64,000 nt of DNA from Octopus sinensis (taxonomy: Eukaryota), in NCBI RefSeq assembly GCF_006345805.1, contig NC_042999.1:24304001-24368000 (forward strand). Direction: 5' to 3'. The notes under the pieces were generated by a model that was not told the origin of the DNA, searched no databases, and was given only the letters and a program-made list of their open reading frames with translations. The translations under genes were made by a program, and so were the position numbers. Every line of letters begins with the position of its first letter. The stretch's first letter is position 1. Below are positions 13,845 to 24,512 of this stretch, piece after piece.

Positions 13845-14160
13845 TACGTGACGATGTACATTAGACTTAAAAGGCTGGAGGTCTTATTGAAGATGAAATC
13901 AAGACTGTGAATAGAATTCCAAAGTTCAGAGATGCGAGGGAAGAAACTGGTACTGCAAAGTGCTTTACGACATTTAGGATGTTGCACAGTATACTGATGC
14001 GAACTGGATGCAAGTTTAGTTGATCACTGATAAGTTCTTAAAAGAGGAACCAGAGAAGAAAGCTCAGTTGAACAATGTCCATGAAGATACTTATAGAAAA
14101 GAGACAATGAAGCCAGACGACGACGATGAGAGAGTGAATTCAGTTTAGAAGAAGATAGAT
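13845..14160 (-). mobile_element. Decayed LINE ORF2 C-terminus (CR1/L2/Jockey-group)
   Basis: My minus-strand translation: LNSLSHRRRLASLSLFYKYLHGHCSTELSSLVP...SFFPRISELWNSI, with an internal stop. Confidence 0.7.
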
Positions 14161-14396
14161 CAGAATTGTCGCCTTAAAATCGAAAGGACATTGTATATAG
14201 TATTTGTTCTGCTATTCTTTTAAGTATTTCAGTCATTGCACTTCAGTCATGACAGGGTGCCGCTGCCGAGCGTTTAGTTGATCATATCAAACCCATGATT
14301 TTTTTCTGGAATTTCCTATATCAGTTACTGTTTCTCGAATCGCTATATGACGGGGCATGAAGAAGCAACATATACAAATTGTCGATTTTTCGTATC

Positions 14397-14552
14397 GGAG
14401 TGGCTGTGAGGTAAGTAGCTTGCTTACCAACCACATGGTTCCGGATTCAGTCGCACTGCGTGACACCTTGGGCAAGTGTCTTCAACTATAGCCTCGGGCC
14501 GACCAAAGCCTTGTGAGTAGATTTTGTAGACGGAAACTGAAAGAAGCCCGCC

Positions 14553-14600
<48 letters not shown>

Positions 14601-14826
14601 GTATGTGTATATGTTTGTGTGCCTGTGTTTGTCCCCACCCACCCACAACATCGCTTGACAATCTATGCTGGCGTGTTTACGTCCCCGTAAGTTAGCAGTT
14701 TGGCAAACCGATAGAATAAGTACTAGACTTACAAAGAATAAGTCCTGGGGTCGATTTGCTCGACTAACGGTGGTGCTCCATCATTGCCACAGTCAAATAA
14801 CTGAAACAAGTTAAAGACTAAAAGAG
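14397..14826 (+). mobile_element. CORE-like tRNA SINE family C with internal microsatellite (possibly OR2-related)
   Basis: Head ggagtggctgtg.ggtaagtagc; CORE-like accttgggcaagtg; internal (TA)/(TATG); tail gactgaaacaagt.aaaga. Confidence 0.85.
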
Positions 14827-15254
14827 ATATAGAATATGTACCAGACCTCAAATTTAAATACTTGGTCGATTTCACGAGTATTTCCATCCAAACGGTGTTC
14901 CAGCATGACCGCTGTCTAATGGCTGTAAGAAGTAAAAGAAAAAAAGTTATATAGTGAAATGATGGAATGGTCACATCTTGATTACTTTTGATTGCAAGAC
15001 TGCTCGATATACGTTGTCGTAGTGCTAAAATACAAAAACACTAACCACTTTTCATACAGGTAAGATATCATGAATAGAAAGAAGACAAATAAAACACGGA
15101 CTGTTGGACAACGTGAGAGTGTTGATAAAAATTCCTAAGGCGCTCTACAAAATGTAAACAATAACGAAATTCACATAAAAAAGGGAAAGAAGTACGCTGA
15201 TGTTTCGGACCAACCCTTTATCAAAGTAGGGTAAAAAAAAAAAAATTTTTTAAT

Positions 15255-15480
15255 GCGCCCTTTTTCAAGCCTAGTCAGGCTCATGGGCCCAGTTTCCCGG
15301 TTTCTATGGAGTATGTGTTCCCCAGCTGGACGAGACGCCAGTCCATCGTAGCGTTACTCATTTTTTCCAGCTGAGTGGACTGGAGCAACGTGAAATGAAG
15401 TGTTTTGCTCAAGAACACAACGCGTCGCCCGGTCCAGGAATCGAAACCACAATCTTACGATCATGATGCTGACACCCTAA
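15255..15480 (-). mobile_element. SINE family D (CORE-like middle, family-B tail)
   Basis: B box GGTTTCGATTCC; gtgttcttgagcaaaacacttc; tail identical in type to family B. Confidence 0.75.
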
Positions 15481-16329
15481 CGTTTAACGTTTAACGCTCG
15501 TGTGTATCTTTCGACTATATCCTCTGTTTAGACAATGTTGGAGAAACTTCGAGTCACTGCTTCATTTCCTTCTGTAGACTAAGAAACCATAGAGCAATAT
15601 ATACTTTTATGATTTTTATTTATGTGAAAATACCAGACATTCGACATGTTATGAATAATTAAAACTAACACTTCATACTTTAAACATTAGGTTAAAATCT
15701 CAGTACTATTTATGACTACACATATTTGTATATCATAACAATAATAGCGGTTTCTTTTCAAGGCAAAGATCGTAAACAGATCCACGTGTTTTTCTTTGTT
15801 AACTTGAAAATAGTAATTATTTATTTTGAATAACCGAATTATTGTTACCATGCATGACATAGCAAAATATTTTTGCTGTCGCGTTTCTTTAGTCCTAGAG
15901 TAGCTTTGATAGATCTCATTTATAATTAAAACTAATCCAGTTTTTTACGAGAAAGTTATGTGAATACATCAACGAATGAGTGTTTTCTAATTCGTTTCTG
16001 TATGATTTGAGAGAGAAACTGTCGATTGTAATATTTTGAAGCGAAAATGGAGTGACTCCTTTCTCTTCTCTTATTTATATACATAGATTGCAGCCAAATA
16101 TATGACATGTAAACGAAATGTGTAGATCGTTAAAAAACAATACAAATCTATTATCTTTTGGAATAGTTTTTAATTGGAACGCCTACACATATTTTAATGC
16201 CGGTACATTTCGGCATTAGTTTTATAGACAGAAACACACAGACAAACACACACACACATCTATAGATGCATATACACATATGTATATGTACGTGTATGTA
16301 TGTGTATGAGTGTGTGTATAAGTAAAGCG

Positions 16330-16445
16330 ACCTGGAAGGATCGTTAGCGAAAAATGCCAAGCATTTCTATACGTTCCGTGTTCAAATTTTGCGGTGGTCG
16401 ACTTTGCTTTTCATCCATTCGGGGTGGATGACATAATTACCAGTT
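16330..16445 (+). mobile_element. 5' half of a SINE A copy split by the LTR element
   Basis: gtcgactttgcttttcatccattcgggg...accagtt; continues at 20960 with agttgagtacctgggtcgatgtaatcg. Confidence 0.8.
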
Positions 16446-16683
16446 TGTTGTTGTTATATATATATAATGTATTGAGTATTAAAGGAAGTAGTGAGTACTT
16501 AGTATGAAAGATTAAGAAAATGAGAGAGACTGAAACAACGTGTTAACGATACAAGATACTTTATTCGACTGCCGTTGTTGTACAAGTTAATTGTTTTGGC
16601 GGGAAACAAAGTGAAAGTCCTTTTATCAAGGGAGACAATGGGCGACGTTGATTGTTCATGTTTGTTGTGATGATTATATAACA
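16446..16683 (-). repeat. 3' LTR (238 bp)
   Basis: Matches the 5' LTR except for 4 extra nt in a GA run; preceded on minus by the purine tract AAAAAAAAAGGAAGA. Confidence 0.97.
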
Positions 16684-17037
16684 TCTTCCTTTTTTTTTTT
16701 TTTTTTTAATTTTTTTTATATCATCTGTATCTACAGGGAATAATTATTCGTCGTCCACTTTTTGTGGTTTTATTATTTTGTAGTGTTGAATTCTGTAGTT
16801 GTGCTGTTTTTGTTTTTTCATGCGTGTTTGTTGACTTTGGAAATATATTTTCATAATCTAATTCTTCTGTTATGCGAACGTGTTCGTTTGTTTTAAGAAT
16901 ATGTTGTCTATTTCGTTTGACTGTATTACCTTCCTCTGTTATTACTAAGTATGAACGAGGTTGCTCTAGTTTTTTAATTATTTTGCCCCTTCTAAACCAA
17001 TTGTTGTTAAACTTAATTCTAACCGTGTCGTGTGGTT

Positions 17038-18342
17038 TTAACTCTGGGAGTTCTGTTTAATGTTTGATTTCATCTTTTCGTGAGGCCTGATACCAATTTT
17101 GTCGTGTAGTATGTTTGGGAGATTTGTTTGCAATGTTCTATTCATTATTTGATTTGCAGGGGATGGTGCACCATTTTGTAATTTAGTCGTGCGTAATGCT
17201 AAGAGCGCTAACTGAGGTTCTTCGTCACTTTTGAATGCCTTTTTTAGCGTCTTTTTTATTGTCTGTATATTTCTCTCAACCATGCCATTCGCTTGATGAT
17301 AATGCGGGCTTGTCTTCGTGTGATGAAAATGCCAATTTTTTGCAAATTTTTTGAATTCAGCCGAATTGAATTCTGGACCGTTGTCACTTACAACTGTTTG
17401 CGGAATTCCGAATTTAGCAAAAGTTTCTTTTAATTTTTTGATTACGGTTTTTGACTGGCAATCATTTATTTCGTGTAGATCAAAAAATCTTGTTGTATAG
17501 TCAATAATTGTGACATACGAATTTCCAGACAGGTGAAATACGTCTGTACCCACTTTGGTCCATGGTGTAGTAGGTATTTCATGATTTATTAGTGGTTCGG
17601 CTGCTTGTTGATTTTTGTAGTCAATGCAGTATGAGCATGTGTTAATCATGTCTTTGATTTGAGCGTTAATGCCGGGCCAGTATATACATTCCTTCGCTCT
17701 CTCTATGCATTTTTCGATACCCATGTGTCCGGTATGTATTTCCTGTAGAGCTTCTCTACGTAATGACTTAGGTACAATTATTCTTGAACCTTTTAGAACG
17801 AGACCATTGACGATTGATATTTCCTCACGAACAGATACGAATGGTTTGATGTTTATTGGTATTTTGTCTTTTGGGGGCCATTCTGTTCTTGTATATGTGA
17901 CGAGTGTCTGTTGAGACGGGTCGTCTGCAGTGGCTTCTTTATACTCTTTTAATTTAGTGTCGGTTATGGGGTAATTTTTTATTACTGCATGAATGTGCGA
18001 TTTCATATCTTCGTCTGATACTTCTGGAGTATTTTGCTCAAGGTATGCACGTGATAGGGTATCTGCAACAATTGATTCTTTACCAGGTATGTGGTTTAGG
18101 TCAAAATCATATCTTTGTAATGTTAGTAGAAATCTTTGGATTCTGGGGGGGCATTTAGTGATCGATTTTTTTAATATTTGCTTCAACGGTTTATGGTCAT
18201 TTTCGATTCTGAAATGAGTTCCGTATATAAACTGATGAATTTCTTGCATGCGAAAACTATACTGAGAGCTTCGCTCTCTATCGGACAGTAGTTTTGTTCC
18301 GCTTGAGTTGTTGCACGAGATGCAAACGAAACAGGTAGCCAT
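17038..18342 (-). CDS. pol: Pol C-terminal part: end of RNase H and integrase
   Basis: ENDHKPL; HHCC motif HTGHMG..CSYC; DDE residues in GTDVF, SDNGPEF and NGMVERNIQ; joined to the upstream ORF by a 1-nt frameshift near 18238. Confidence 0.9.
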   Translation of the reverse strand: MATCFVCISCNNSSGTKLLSDRERSSQYSFRMQEIHQFIYGTHFRIENDHKPLKQILKKSITKCPPRIQRFLLTLQRYDFDLNHIPGKESIVADTLSRAYLEQNTPEVSDEDMKSHIHAVIKNYPITDTKLKEYKEATADDPSQQTLVTYTRTEWPPKDKIPINIKPFVSVREEISIVNGLVLKGSRIIVPKSLRREALQEIHTGHMGIEKCIERAKECIYWPGINAQIKDMINTCSYCIDYKNQQAAEPLINHEIPTTPWTKVGTDVFHLSGNSYVTIIDYTTRFFDLHEINDCQSKTVIKKLKETFAKFGIPQTVVSDNGPEFNSAEFKKFAKNWHFHHTKTSPHYHQANGMVERNIQTIKKTLKKAFKSDEEPQLALLALRTTKLQNGAPSPANQIMNRTLQTNLPNILHDKIGIRPHEKMKSNIKQNSQS

Positions 18343-20021
18343 CTTTCGTTGTGTTTCTGCTCAAGTATCGCTCCGAGCCCATGCTTACTAGCATCTGTAG
18401 TTATTTTTATTGGTAGATCTGGATCATAAAATTGTAGCACTGGTTTTCTGGTAATCATTTCTTTTAGCTTTTTTATTGCTTCGATTTGTGGTTTGTCGAA
18501 TGACCATAACGTGTCACTCTGTAGAAGCTGGCGCAATGGTGCTGTGACTTCGGAGTAATTAGATAAAAATTTACATAGGTAATTTGTCATACCTAGGAAT
18601 CTTTGTAATTCTTTTTTACTTGTTGGCAGTGGCATGTGAATGATTGCTTGTACTTTGGTTGGATCTTGTTTTATCCCTTCGCTGGTTAATATATGCCCAA
18701 GGTACTTGATTTGTGATTCATAGAAGATACACTTTGATTTATTTAACTTTAATCCGTGCTTTCGGATTCGATCGAAAACTTGTTGTAGTCTATTTGTGTG
18801 TTCTTCTAAAGTGTTGGACCAGATTATGATGTCATCCTGTGAATTTCTTGCTCCTTCTATGCCCTCTATTATTTTTGAAATTTCTTTTTGGAAAACTTCA
18901 CTGGCGCTGTGAATTCCAAAGGGTAGTCGTGTGAAGCGATACCTTCCAAAAGGTGTGTTGAACGTTAAAAGATGGGAGCTTTCTTCGTCAACTGGAATTT
19001 GCCAGTATCCATTAGATGCATCGAGTTTTGAAAAATATTTAGGGTTATGCATTTGTGCAAAAATGTCCTCCGCTGTAGGGAGTTTGAAATGTTGCCTTTT
19101 TATGGCTTTGTTTAGATTCTTGAGGTCTAAACAGAGTCGGAGTTTTCCGTTGGCTTTTTCAACGATGACTAGGGAATTTACCCAGTCTGTAGGTTCACTA
19201 ACAGGTTTTATGATATCTAATTCTGTCATTCTTTTTAATTCTTTGTTGAGTTTTTCTTTTATAGAAAAAGGAACCGATCTTGGTGGATGAATTACAGGAG
19301 TTATTTGTGGATCCACTGTGATATGATGTGTTATTGACAAAGTGCCGATTTCTCCGAAACAGTCTTCATATTTTTCTAATATGTCGTTTGTGTTCGACGA
19401 ATTTATTTTTGAAATTCTCTGAATTAGGTTCAGATCTTTAGCTGTCTTTGCATCTATAACTGCGTGCGAGTTTGTTTTTGCAACAATGAATTTTATTTGC
19501 TTTGATAATTCTTTGTATTTAATGACTGCTGTGCATTTTCCTAGCACTTTTATAGCTGATAATCGAGTTGAAGTTTTTTGCAGTTGTGGTTTTGGAATTA
19601 TATTTCTATATTCTCTGAATGGCAGTACAGTTACGTCTGCTCCTGTATCTATTTTGAATGTTACATTCGAGTTGTTCACTTTTAGTTCGACCGTCCAAAT
19701 GTCTTTTGGAGTCTTAAACTTTTCGATTTTGTGCACGCGGGAATTATTTGCAGTGATCATTTCGAGTGCATGTGTATCGTCATCTGATTCATCGTCGGTA
19801 TGTATCTCTACTTTATGTACAAATTTTCTTGATTTGCACATTTTTGCATAGTGTCCTTGTTTCTTGCATTTTTCACATGTCTTGTGAAATGCTGGGCATT
19901 TATTTCTTTTGTGATTATAACCACAATAGTGACAGTTAGTGACGTAGTGTTGACTTGGCGCTTGAAACTTCGCGGGCTTTCTGTCACTTCCGCCTTGTTC
20001 GTTTTGATGTCTGGATTGCAT
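18183..20021 (-). CDS. pol: Gag zinc knuckles, protease, RT, RNase H
   Basis: CHYCGYNH..C and CEKCKKQGHYAKMC; FKIDTGAD; RLPFGI, NSQDDII; TTDASKHGLGA. Confidence 0.92.
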   Translation of the reverse strand: MQSRHQNEQGGSDRKPAKFQAPSQHYVTNCHYCGYNHKRNKCPAFHKTCEKCKKQGHYAKMCKSRKFVHKVEIHTDDESDDDTHALEMITANNSRVHKIEKFKTPKDIWTVELKVNNSNVTFKIDTGADVTVLPFREYRNIIPKPQLQKTSTRLSAIKVLGKCTAVIKYKELSKQIKFIVAKTNSHAVIDAKTAKDLNLIQRISKINSSNTNDILEKYEDCFGEIGTLSITHHITVDPQITPVIHPPRSVPFSIKEKLNKELKRMTELDIIKPVSEPTDWVNSLVIVEKANGKLRLCLDLKNLNKAIKRQHFKLPTAEDIFAQMHNPKYFSKLDASNGYWQIPVDEESSHLLTFNTPFGRYRFTRLPFGIHSASEVFQKEISKIIEGIEGARNSQDDIIIWSNTLEEHTNRLQQVFDRIRKHGLKLNKSKCIFYESQIKYLGHILTSEGIKQDPTKVQAIIHMPLPTSKKELQRFLGMTNYLCKFLSNYSEVTAPLRQLLQSDTLWSFDKPQIEAIKKLKEMITRKPVLQFYDPDLPIKITTDASKHGLGAILEQKHNERWLPVSFASRATTQAEQNYCPIESEALSIVFACKKFISLYTELISESKMTINR

Positions 20022-20671
20022 ATGGCGGTAATTTGAGTTTTGGCGCCTTTTCTGTCGTGTTGACTATATACCCTCGAGATTTCGTTATCTCTTGTTTCGG
20101 ATGTGGCATTTAGCATCCTTGATTGGAGTCGTGTTTGCTCTGCACTCTGACCTGCTTGAATTGTTTTTTGTAGGTCTAAATTTGGTTCTCTCAATAATCT
20201 TTCTCTTAATCTCATGTCTCTGATTCCACATATCAGAATATCTTTGGTGAGACTGTCTGTGAGGTTGCCGAATTCGCACTGTTGTGCCTTTTGGCGCAAC
20301 TCTACTACGTACTCATCGAATTTTTGATGTTCCGCTTGTCCACATGTGAAGAATTTGTGTCTTAGGAAAGTTATGTTTTTCCTGGGTTCACAATATGCAT
20401 CGAATTTTTCGATTACTGTCTGAAGGTTCATTTCTTCGTCGGGTGAATCGAAATCCAGTGTGGAATGGATATCTCGGCCTTTAGAACCGATGCAAGTTAA
20501 AAACATTGAAGTTTTTACTTTGTCTGGCTTCATGTCACTTTCTGTTGCTATCAAAAAGAGATTGAATTCTTTTTTCCACTTTTTCCATGCTGCGGCTAGA
20601 TTTTCCTGATTAAAGTCTAGGTCTTTTGGATGCGGTAAATTTTCCATTTCATCTTTGAAGTATGATTTCAA
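19808..20671 (-). CDS. gag: Gag N-terminal/capsid region
   Basis: WKKWKKEF...FDAYCEPRKNITFLRHKFFTCGQ...CEFG...GIRDMRLRERLLREPNLDL, typical of Mag-clade gag; frameshift near 20040. Confidence 0.88.
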   Translation of the reverse strand: MKSYFKDEMENLPHPKDLDFNQENLAAAWKKWKKEFNLFLIATESDMKPDKVKTSMFLTCIGSKGRDIHSTLDFDSPDEEMNLQTVIEKFDAYCEPRKNITFLRHKFFTCGQAEHQKFDEYVVELRQKAQQCEFGNLTDSLTKDILICGIRDMRLRERLLREPNLDLQKTIQAGQSAEQTRLQSRMLNATSETRDNEISRVYSQHDRKGAKTQITAICNPDIKTNKAEVTESPRSFKRQVNTTSLTVTIVVIITKEINAQHFTRHVKNARNKDTMQKCANQENLYIK

Positions 20672-20714
20672 CTTCTTTTTTCCTTTGGTTTCTGTATTTT
20701 GGGTTCTTTTAGTA

Positions 20715-20725
20715 TTCTGACACCA
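20715..20725 (-). promoter_or_regulatory. Primer binding site TGGTGTCAGAA (tRNA-Leu type)
   Basis: Directly follows the 5' LTR; complementary to the ..UUCUGACACCA 3' end of tRNA-Leu (recalled). Confidence 0.8.
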
Positions 20726-20959
20726 TGTTGTTGTTATATATATATAATGTATTGAGTATTAAAGGAAGTAGTGAGTACTTAGTATGAAAGATTAAGAAAA
20801 TGAGACTGAAACAACGTGTTAACGATACAAGATACTTTATTCGACTGCCGTTGTTGTACAAGTTAATTGTTTTGGCGGGAAACAAAGTGAAAGTCCTTTT
20901 ATCAAGGGAGACAATGGGCGACGTTGATTGTTCATGTTTGTTGTGATGATTATATAACA
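20726..20959 (-). repeat. 5' LTR (234 bp)
   Basis: TG..CA ends, adjacent to the PBS and the TSD. Confidence 0.97.
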
Positions 20960-21181
20960 AGTTGAGTACCTGGGTCGATGTAATCGGCTAGCCGCCTCAA
21001 CCCAAATTTTAGATCTTGTGCCTATGGTAGAAAAGATGTGTGTATATGGGTGTATGTATGAAGACAGGTATTCGTACATACATACATACATACATACATA
21101 CATACATACATACATACGTTCATATATATATATATATAATATATATATATATACATACATACATACAGACAGACAGACAGT

Positions 21182-21239
<58 letters not shown>

Positions 21240-21240
21240 T

Positions 21241-21503
21241 GTTCTTTATTAGCCACACAGGGGACAAATTGCAAAGTACAGCTTTTCTTTTGGGGGAGAA
21301 AAAAGGGAAAAGAAGAAAAAAAGGCTGGGGGTAGGTTTTCGATCAAAAGGGATCGTAAAAATAAAAAAAAAATTAAAAAACGATCAATAGGGATCGTGTA
21401 TCACAGAAATGTAATGTGTAAAGGGGGAAACAGATAAGGTTTATCCGTGGAAAGAAAAGCCTACGGAAAAGACCACGGTAACCTCGGTCAATATTGTCAC
21501 ACA
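21241..21503 (-). mobile_element. 3'-UTR-only copy of the Tx1 LINE inside (GATA)n
   Basis: Matches 4281-4575 (ccgtggaaagaaaagcctacggaaaagaccacggtaacctcggtcaat). Confidence 0.88.
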
Positions 21504-21561
21504 GATAGATAGATAGATAGATATATAGATATATATATATATAGATAGATAGATAGATAGT

Positions 21562-21628
<67 letters not shown>

Positions 21629-21684
21629 AACATAAGAATAATCATATTTCATATAAAATTTCCTATGTGCACTTCATCATTGAT

Positions 21685-21986
21685 CAGTCTGAAACTCCTG
21701 CCCCTCCCCTACTCGCTGTTTCTTAATTGTACGGAGATGGTGCTCTCTGCCGTTAAGAAAACGCTAAAAACGCTAAAACGCTTGAGCTGAGTTGCAGCAA
21801 AGGTTTGTTGACTGGGAATCTGCAGAAGAATCCGGCATGACCATGGAAGAATGGCGAGCACATGTGATACAAAAGGTCGCATGGCGTAACATCGACGCTA
21901 TCACTCCCGAAAATTGTGTTCGTTGGTATGGTCGCATCCAACCCTACCTTCCGACATGCTTCGACCGCCAGGAAATAGTCGGCTAA
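21685..21986 (+). pseudogene. Tc1/IS630-family DDE transposase C-terminal relic
   Basis: Frameshift-corrected LKLLPLPYS.FLNCTEMVLSAVK resembles LPPYSPFLNPIE; ITPENCVRWYGRIQPYLPTCFDRQEI C-terminus. Confidence 0.65.
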
Positions 21987-22334
21987 ATCCGCTCAAGCGA
22001 TTTCTCCTTATCAAGGCTGTAAATCAATAATTATCTTAGTGTACATAGCACCCTTTCCCTGATGAAAGAAAAGGTTTAACATCAAAGAAATATATACTTT
22101 TTCCCATCAAAAGAAAATGAGCATTTGTTGTAATTGTGAGTTTCTTTGAAAAGATTGAAAAGGCTGGAATGCGATTTCATGAAGCCTTTAACAATAAATA
22201 CATGTACCTTTGCAAAAATAAAAGAATACATAGAAAAGAAATGGGTTCTATAGGGTGCTTAAAGCATAAGCAATAGATGAAAACATATGGTTTATGATAA
22301 CGATGATCATTAGATAAAACCAAAACAGCTATCG

Positions 22335-22585
22335 TGCTAATTTGATTGCTCCAAGGGTTAAATAGATTGCTCCGAAACGAATTTGAATCCTCGAAGAGAC
22401 GCTGCCTAGCATTCCGACTAATTTGAATGCTCCCGATAGGTATATTAATTTGATTGATCTAAATGCTAAATTCATTGACCAAAGTACGCAATTGAATGAT
22501 CGAAAAACGAATTTGAATGACTAAATTCATGGCGCTAATTTTTTTTCGTGACTTTGAATGACCTGATCATCACATTGAATGACAG
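22335..22585 (+). repeat. Degenerate ~21-bp periodic motif array (aWttgaatgaY), probably transposon subterminal repeats
   Basis: Core G at 22344, 22365, 22385, 22425, 22452, 22494, 22515, 22556, 22577 (C variant at 22473). Confidence 0.6.
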
Positions 22586-22710
22586 ATGTACGAAAATGAC
22601 TGCACAAACCTATAATAAAACATACGAATGTATTTTGTGGTATATCTAAAATGTTTCGTTAAGAAATTCTATTGTGACATAGCGTCATTCAAATAGGTAT
22701 ATATACAAGG

Positions 22711-22933
22711 GGCGAGCTGGCAGAATCGTTAGCATGCCGGCCGGAATGCTTAGCCGTATTTCGTCTGCCGCTACGTTCTGAGTTCAAATTCCGCCAAGGT
22801 TGACTTTGCCTTTCATCCTTTCGGGGTCGATTAAATAAGTACCAGTTACGCACAGGGGTCGATATAATCGACTTAATCCGTTTGTCTGTCCTTGTTTGTC
22901 CCCTCTATGTTTAGCCCCTTGTAGGTAGTAAAG
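22711..22933 (+). mobile_element. SINE A monomer with 18-bp TSD
   Basis: aaataggtatatatacaa at 22693-22710 and 22934-22951. Confidence 0.9.
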
Positions 22934-22945
22934 AAATAGGTATAT

Positions 22946-23260
22946 ATACAAATGGGATGCTGAAAAGTTGCTGGATCTGGATAAAAGAAGATACAGGAGG
23001 ATGAGTTAATTATCATTTTACTCTTTTACTTCTTTCAGCCATTTGACTGTGGCCATGCTGGAGCACCGCCTTTAGTCGAGCAAATCGACCACAGGACTTA
23101 TTCTTTGTAAGCCTAGTACTTATTCTATCGGTCTGTTTTTCCGTAACTTAGCGGTTACGGTGACGTAAACGCACCAGCATCGGTTGTTAAGCAATGTTGC
23201 GGGGACAAACACAGACACACAAACATACACACACACACCCACACACACACACACGCACGC

Positions 23261-23324
<64 letters not shown>

Positions 23325-23640
23325 GGGCTTCTTTCAGTTTTCGTCTACCAAATCCATCACAAGGCTTTAGCTGGCCCGAGGCTATAGTAGAAGACACCTA
23401 CCCAAGGTGCCACGCAGTGGGACTGAACCCGGAACCATGTAGTTCGAAAGCAAGCTACTTACCACACAGCCACTCCTACGCCTATATTCATAATTATCTT
23501 ACTGAACATATTACACTTTCAGATTCACACACGGATTGTATTGGGCCTTCAGTTTTTCTAAGCCCTGTAAAAGCACTCGGAAGTTTGGGCCTCTAATTGG
23601 GCCTTTCACGATATCCTTAAAGCCAGAAACTCTCCTAGGC
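22946..23640. mobile_element. Degenerate mariner MITE interrupted by SINE C (23016-23485, minus)
   Basis: gggatgctgaaaagttgctgg start; internal sequence homologous to 37399-37619. Confidence 0.7.
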
Positions 23641-23986
23641 GTGCAAAATCTAGAAGATTATGCAATGCGTTACATTTAATACATCAAATCTTAAGGTGTT
23701 GTCATAATTATAATAGTTAAATAATCCTTTCTACTGTAGTCAAAATGTCTGAAATGTTGGGGAGGGGACTAGTCAATTACATCAACACCAGTGTTTCACT
23801 GGTACTTAATTTATCGACCCCGAAAGGACGAAAGACAACGTCGATCTCGGCGGAACTTGTACTTAGAATAGTTAAATAATGATAAACTTCTATGTGTCTC
23901 AACATACTAGAATGCCATCATTAATGTTTCAATTGTGGTATAAATTGAAGATCTGAAAGCTTCAGTGTAAAGTATTCTATGAAGTC

Positions 23987-24263
23987 GAGGCACATGGCCT
24001 AGTGGTTAGAGCAGCGGACTTGCGGTCGAGGGATCGCAGGTTCGAATCTCAGACCGGGCGGTGTGTGTTTTATGAGTGAAAAACCTAAGCTCCACGCAGC
24101 TCAGGCAGAGCTTCTGCTGACTCTTTCGCCACAACTTTCTCTCACACTTTCTTCCTGCATCTTGCAGCTCACCGGCGCCCCGTCCAGGTGGGGAACCTAT
24201 ATGCCAAGGAAACCAAGAAACCGGCCCTTATGAGCCAGGCGTGGCTCGACAAGGAACAAACAA
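23987..24263 (+). mobile_element. SINE family B with 14-bp TSD
   Basis: aaagtattctatga at 23969-23982 and 24264-24277. Confidence 0.88.
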
Positions 24264-24292
24264 AAAGTATTCTATGATCTTATGAATATTGC

Positions 24293-24512
24293 AAGGCGGC
24301 GATTTTGCAGAATCGCTAGCACGCCGGGCGAAATACTTAGCGACATTTCGTTCACCTTTACGTTCTGTGTTCAAATTCCGCCGAGGTTGACTTTGCGTTT
24401 CTGCCTTTCGGGGTCAATAAATTAAGTACCAGTTGGTTACTGAGGTCGATCTAATCGACTGGGCCCCTCCCCGCAAAATTTCGGGCCTTGCGTCTAGTGT
24501 AGAAAAGAATAT
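24293..24512 (+). mobile_element. SINE A with A2 tail
   Basis: Head aaggcggcga; tail aaaatttcgggccttgcgtctagtgtagaaaagaatatt. Confidence 0.82.

Larger units (their letters stand above)
16446..20959 (-). mobile_element. Full-length Ty3/Gypsy (Mag-like) LTR retrotransposon, 4514 bp
   Basis: TG..CA LTRs at 16446-16683 and 20726-20959; TSD AGTT at 16442-16445 and 20960-20963; PBS; PPT; gag-PR-RT-RH-IN order. Confidence 0.97.

Noticed and set aside
17669-19851. Plus-strand ORFs inside the LTR element
   Set aside because: Antisense shadows of pol with no recognisable motifs
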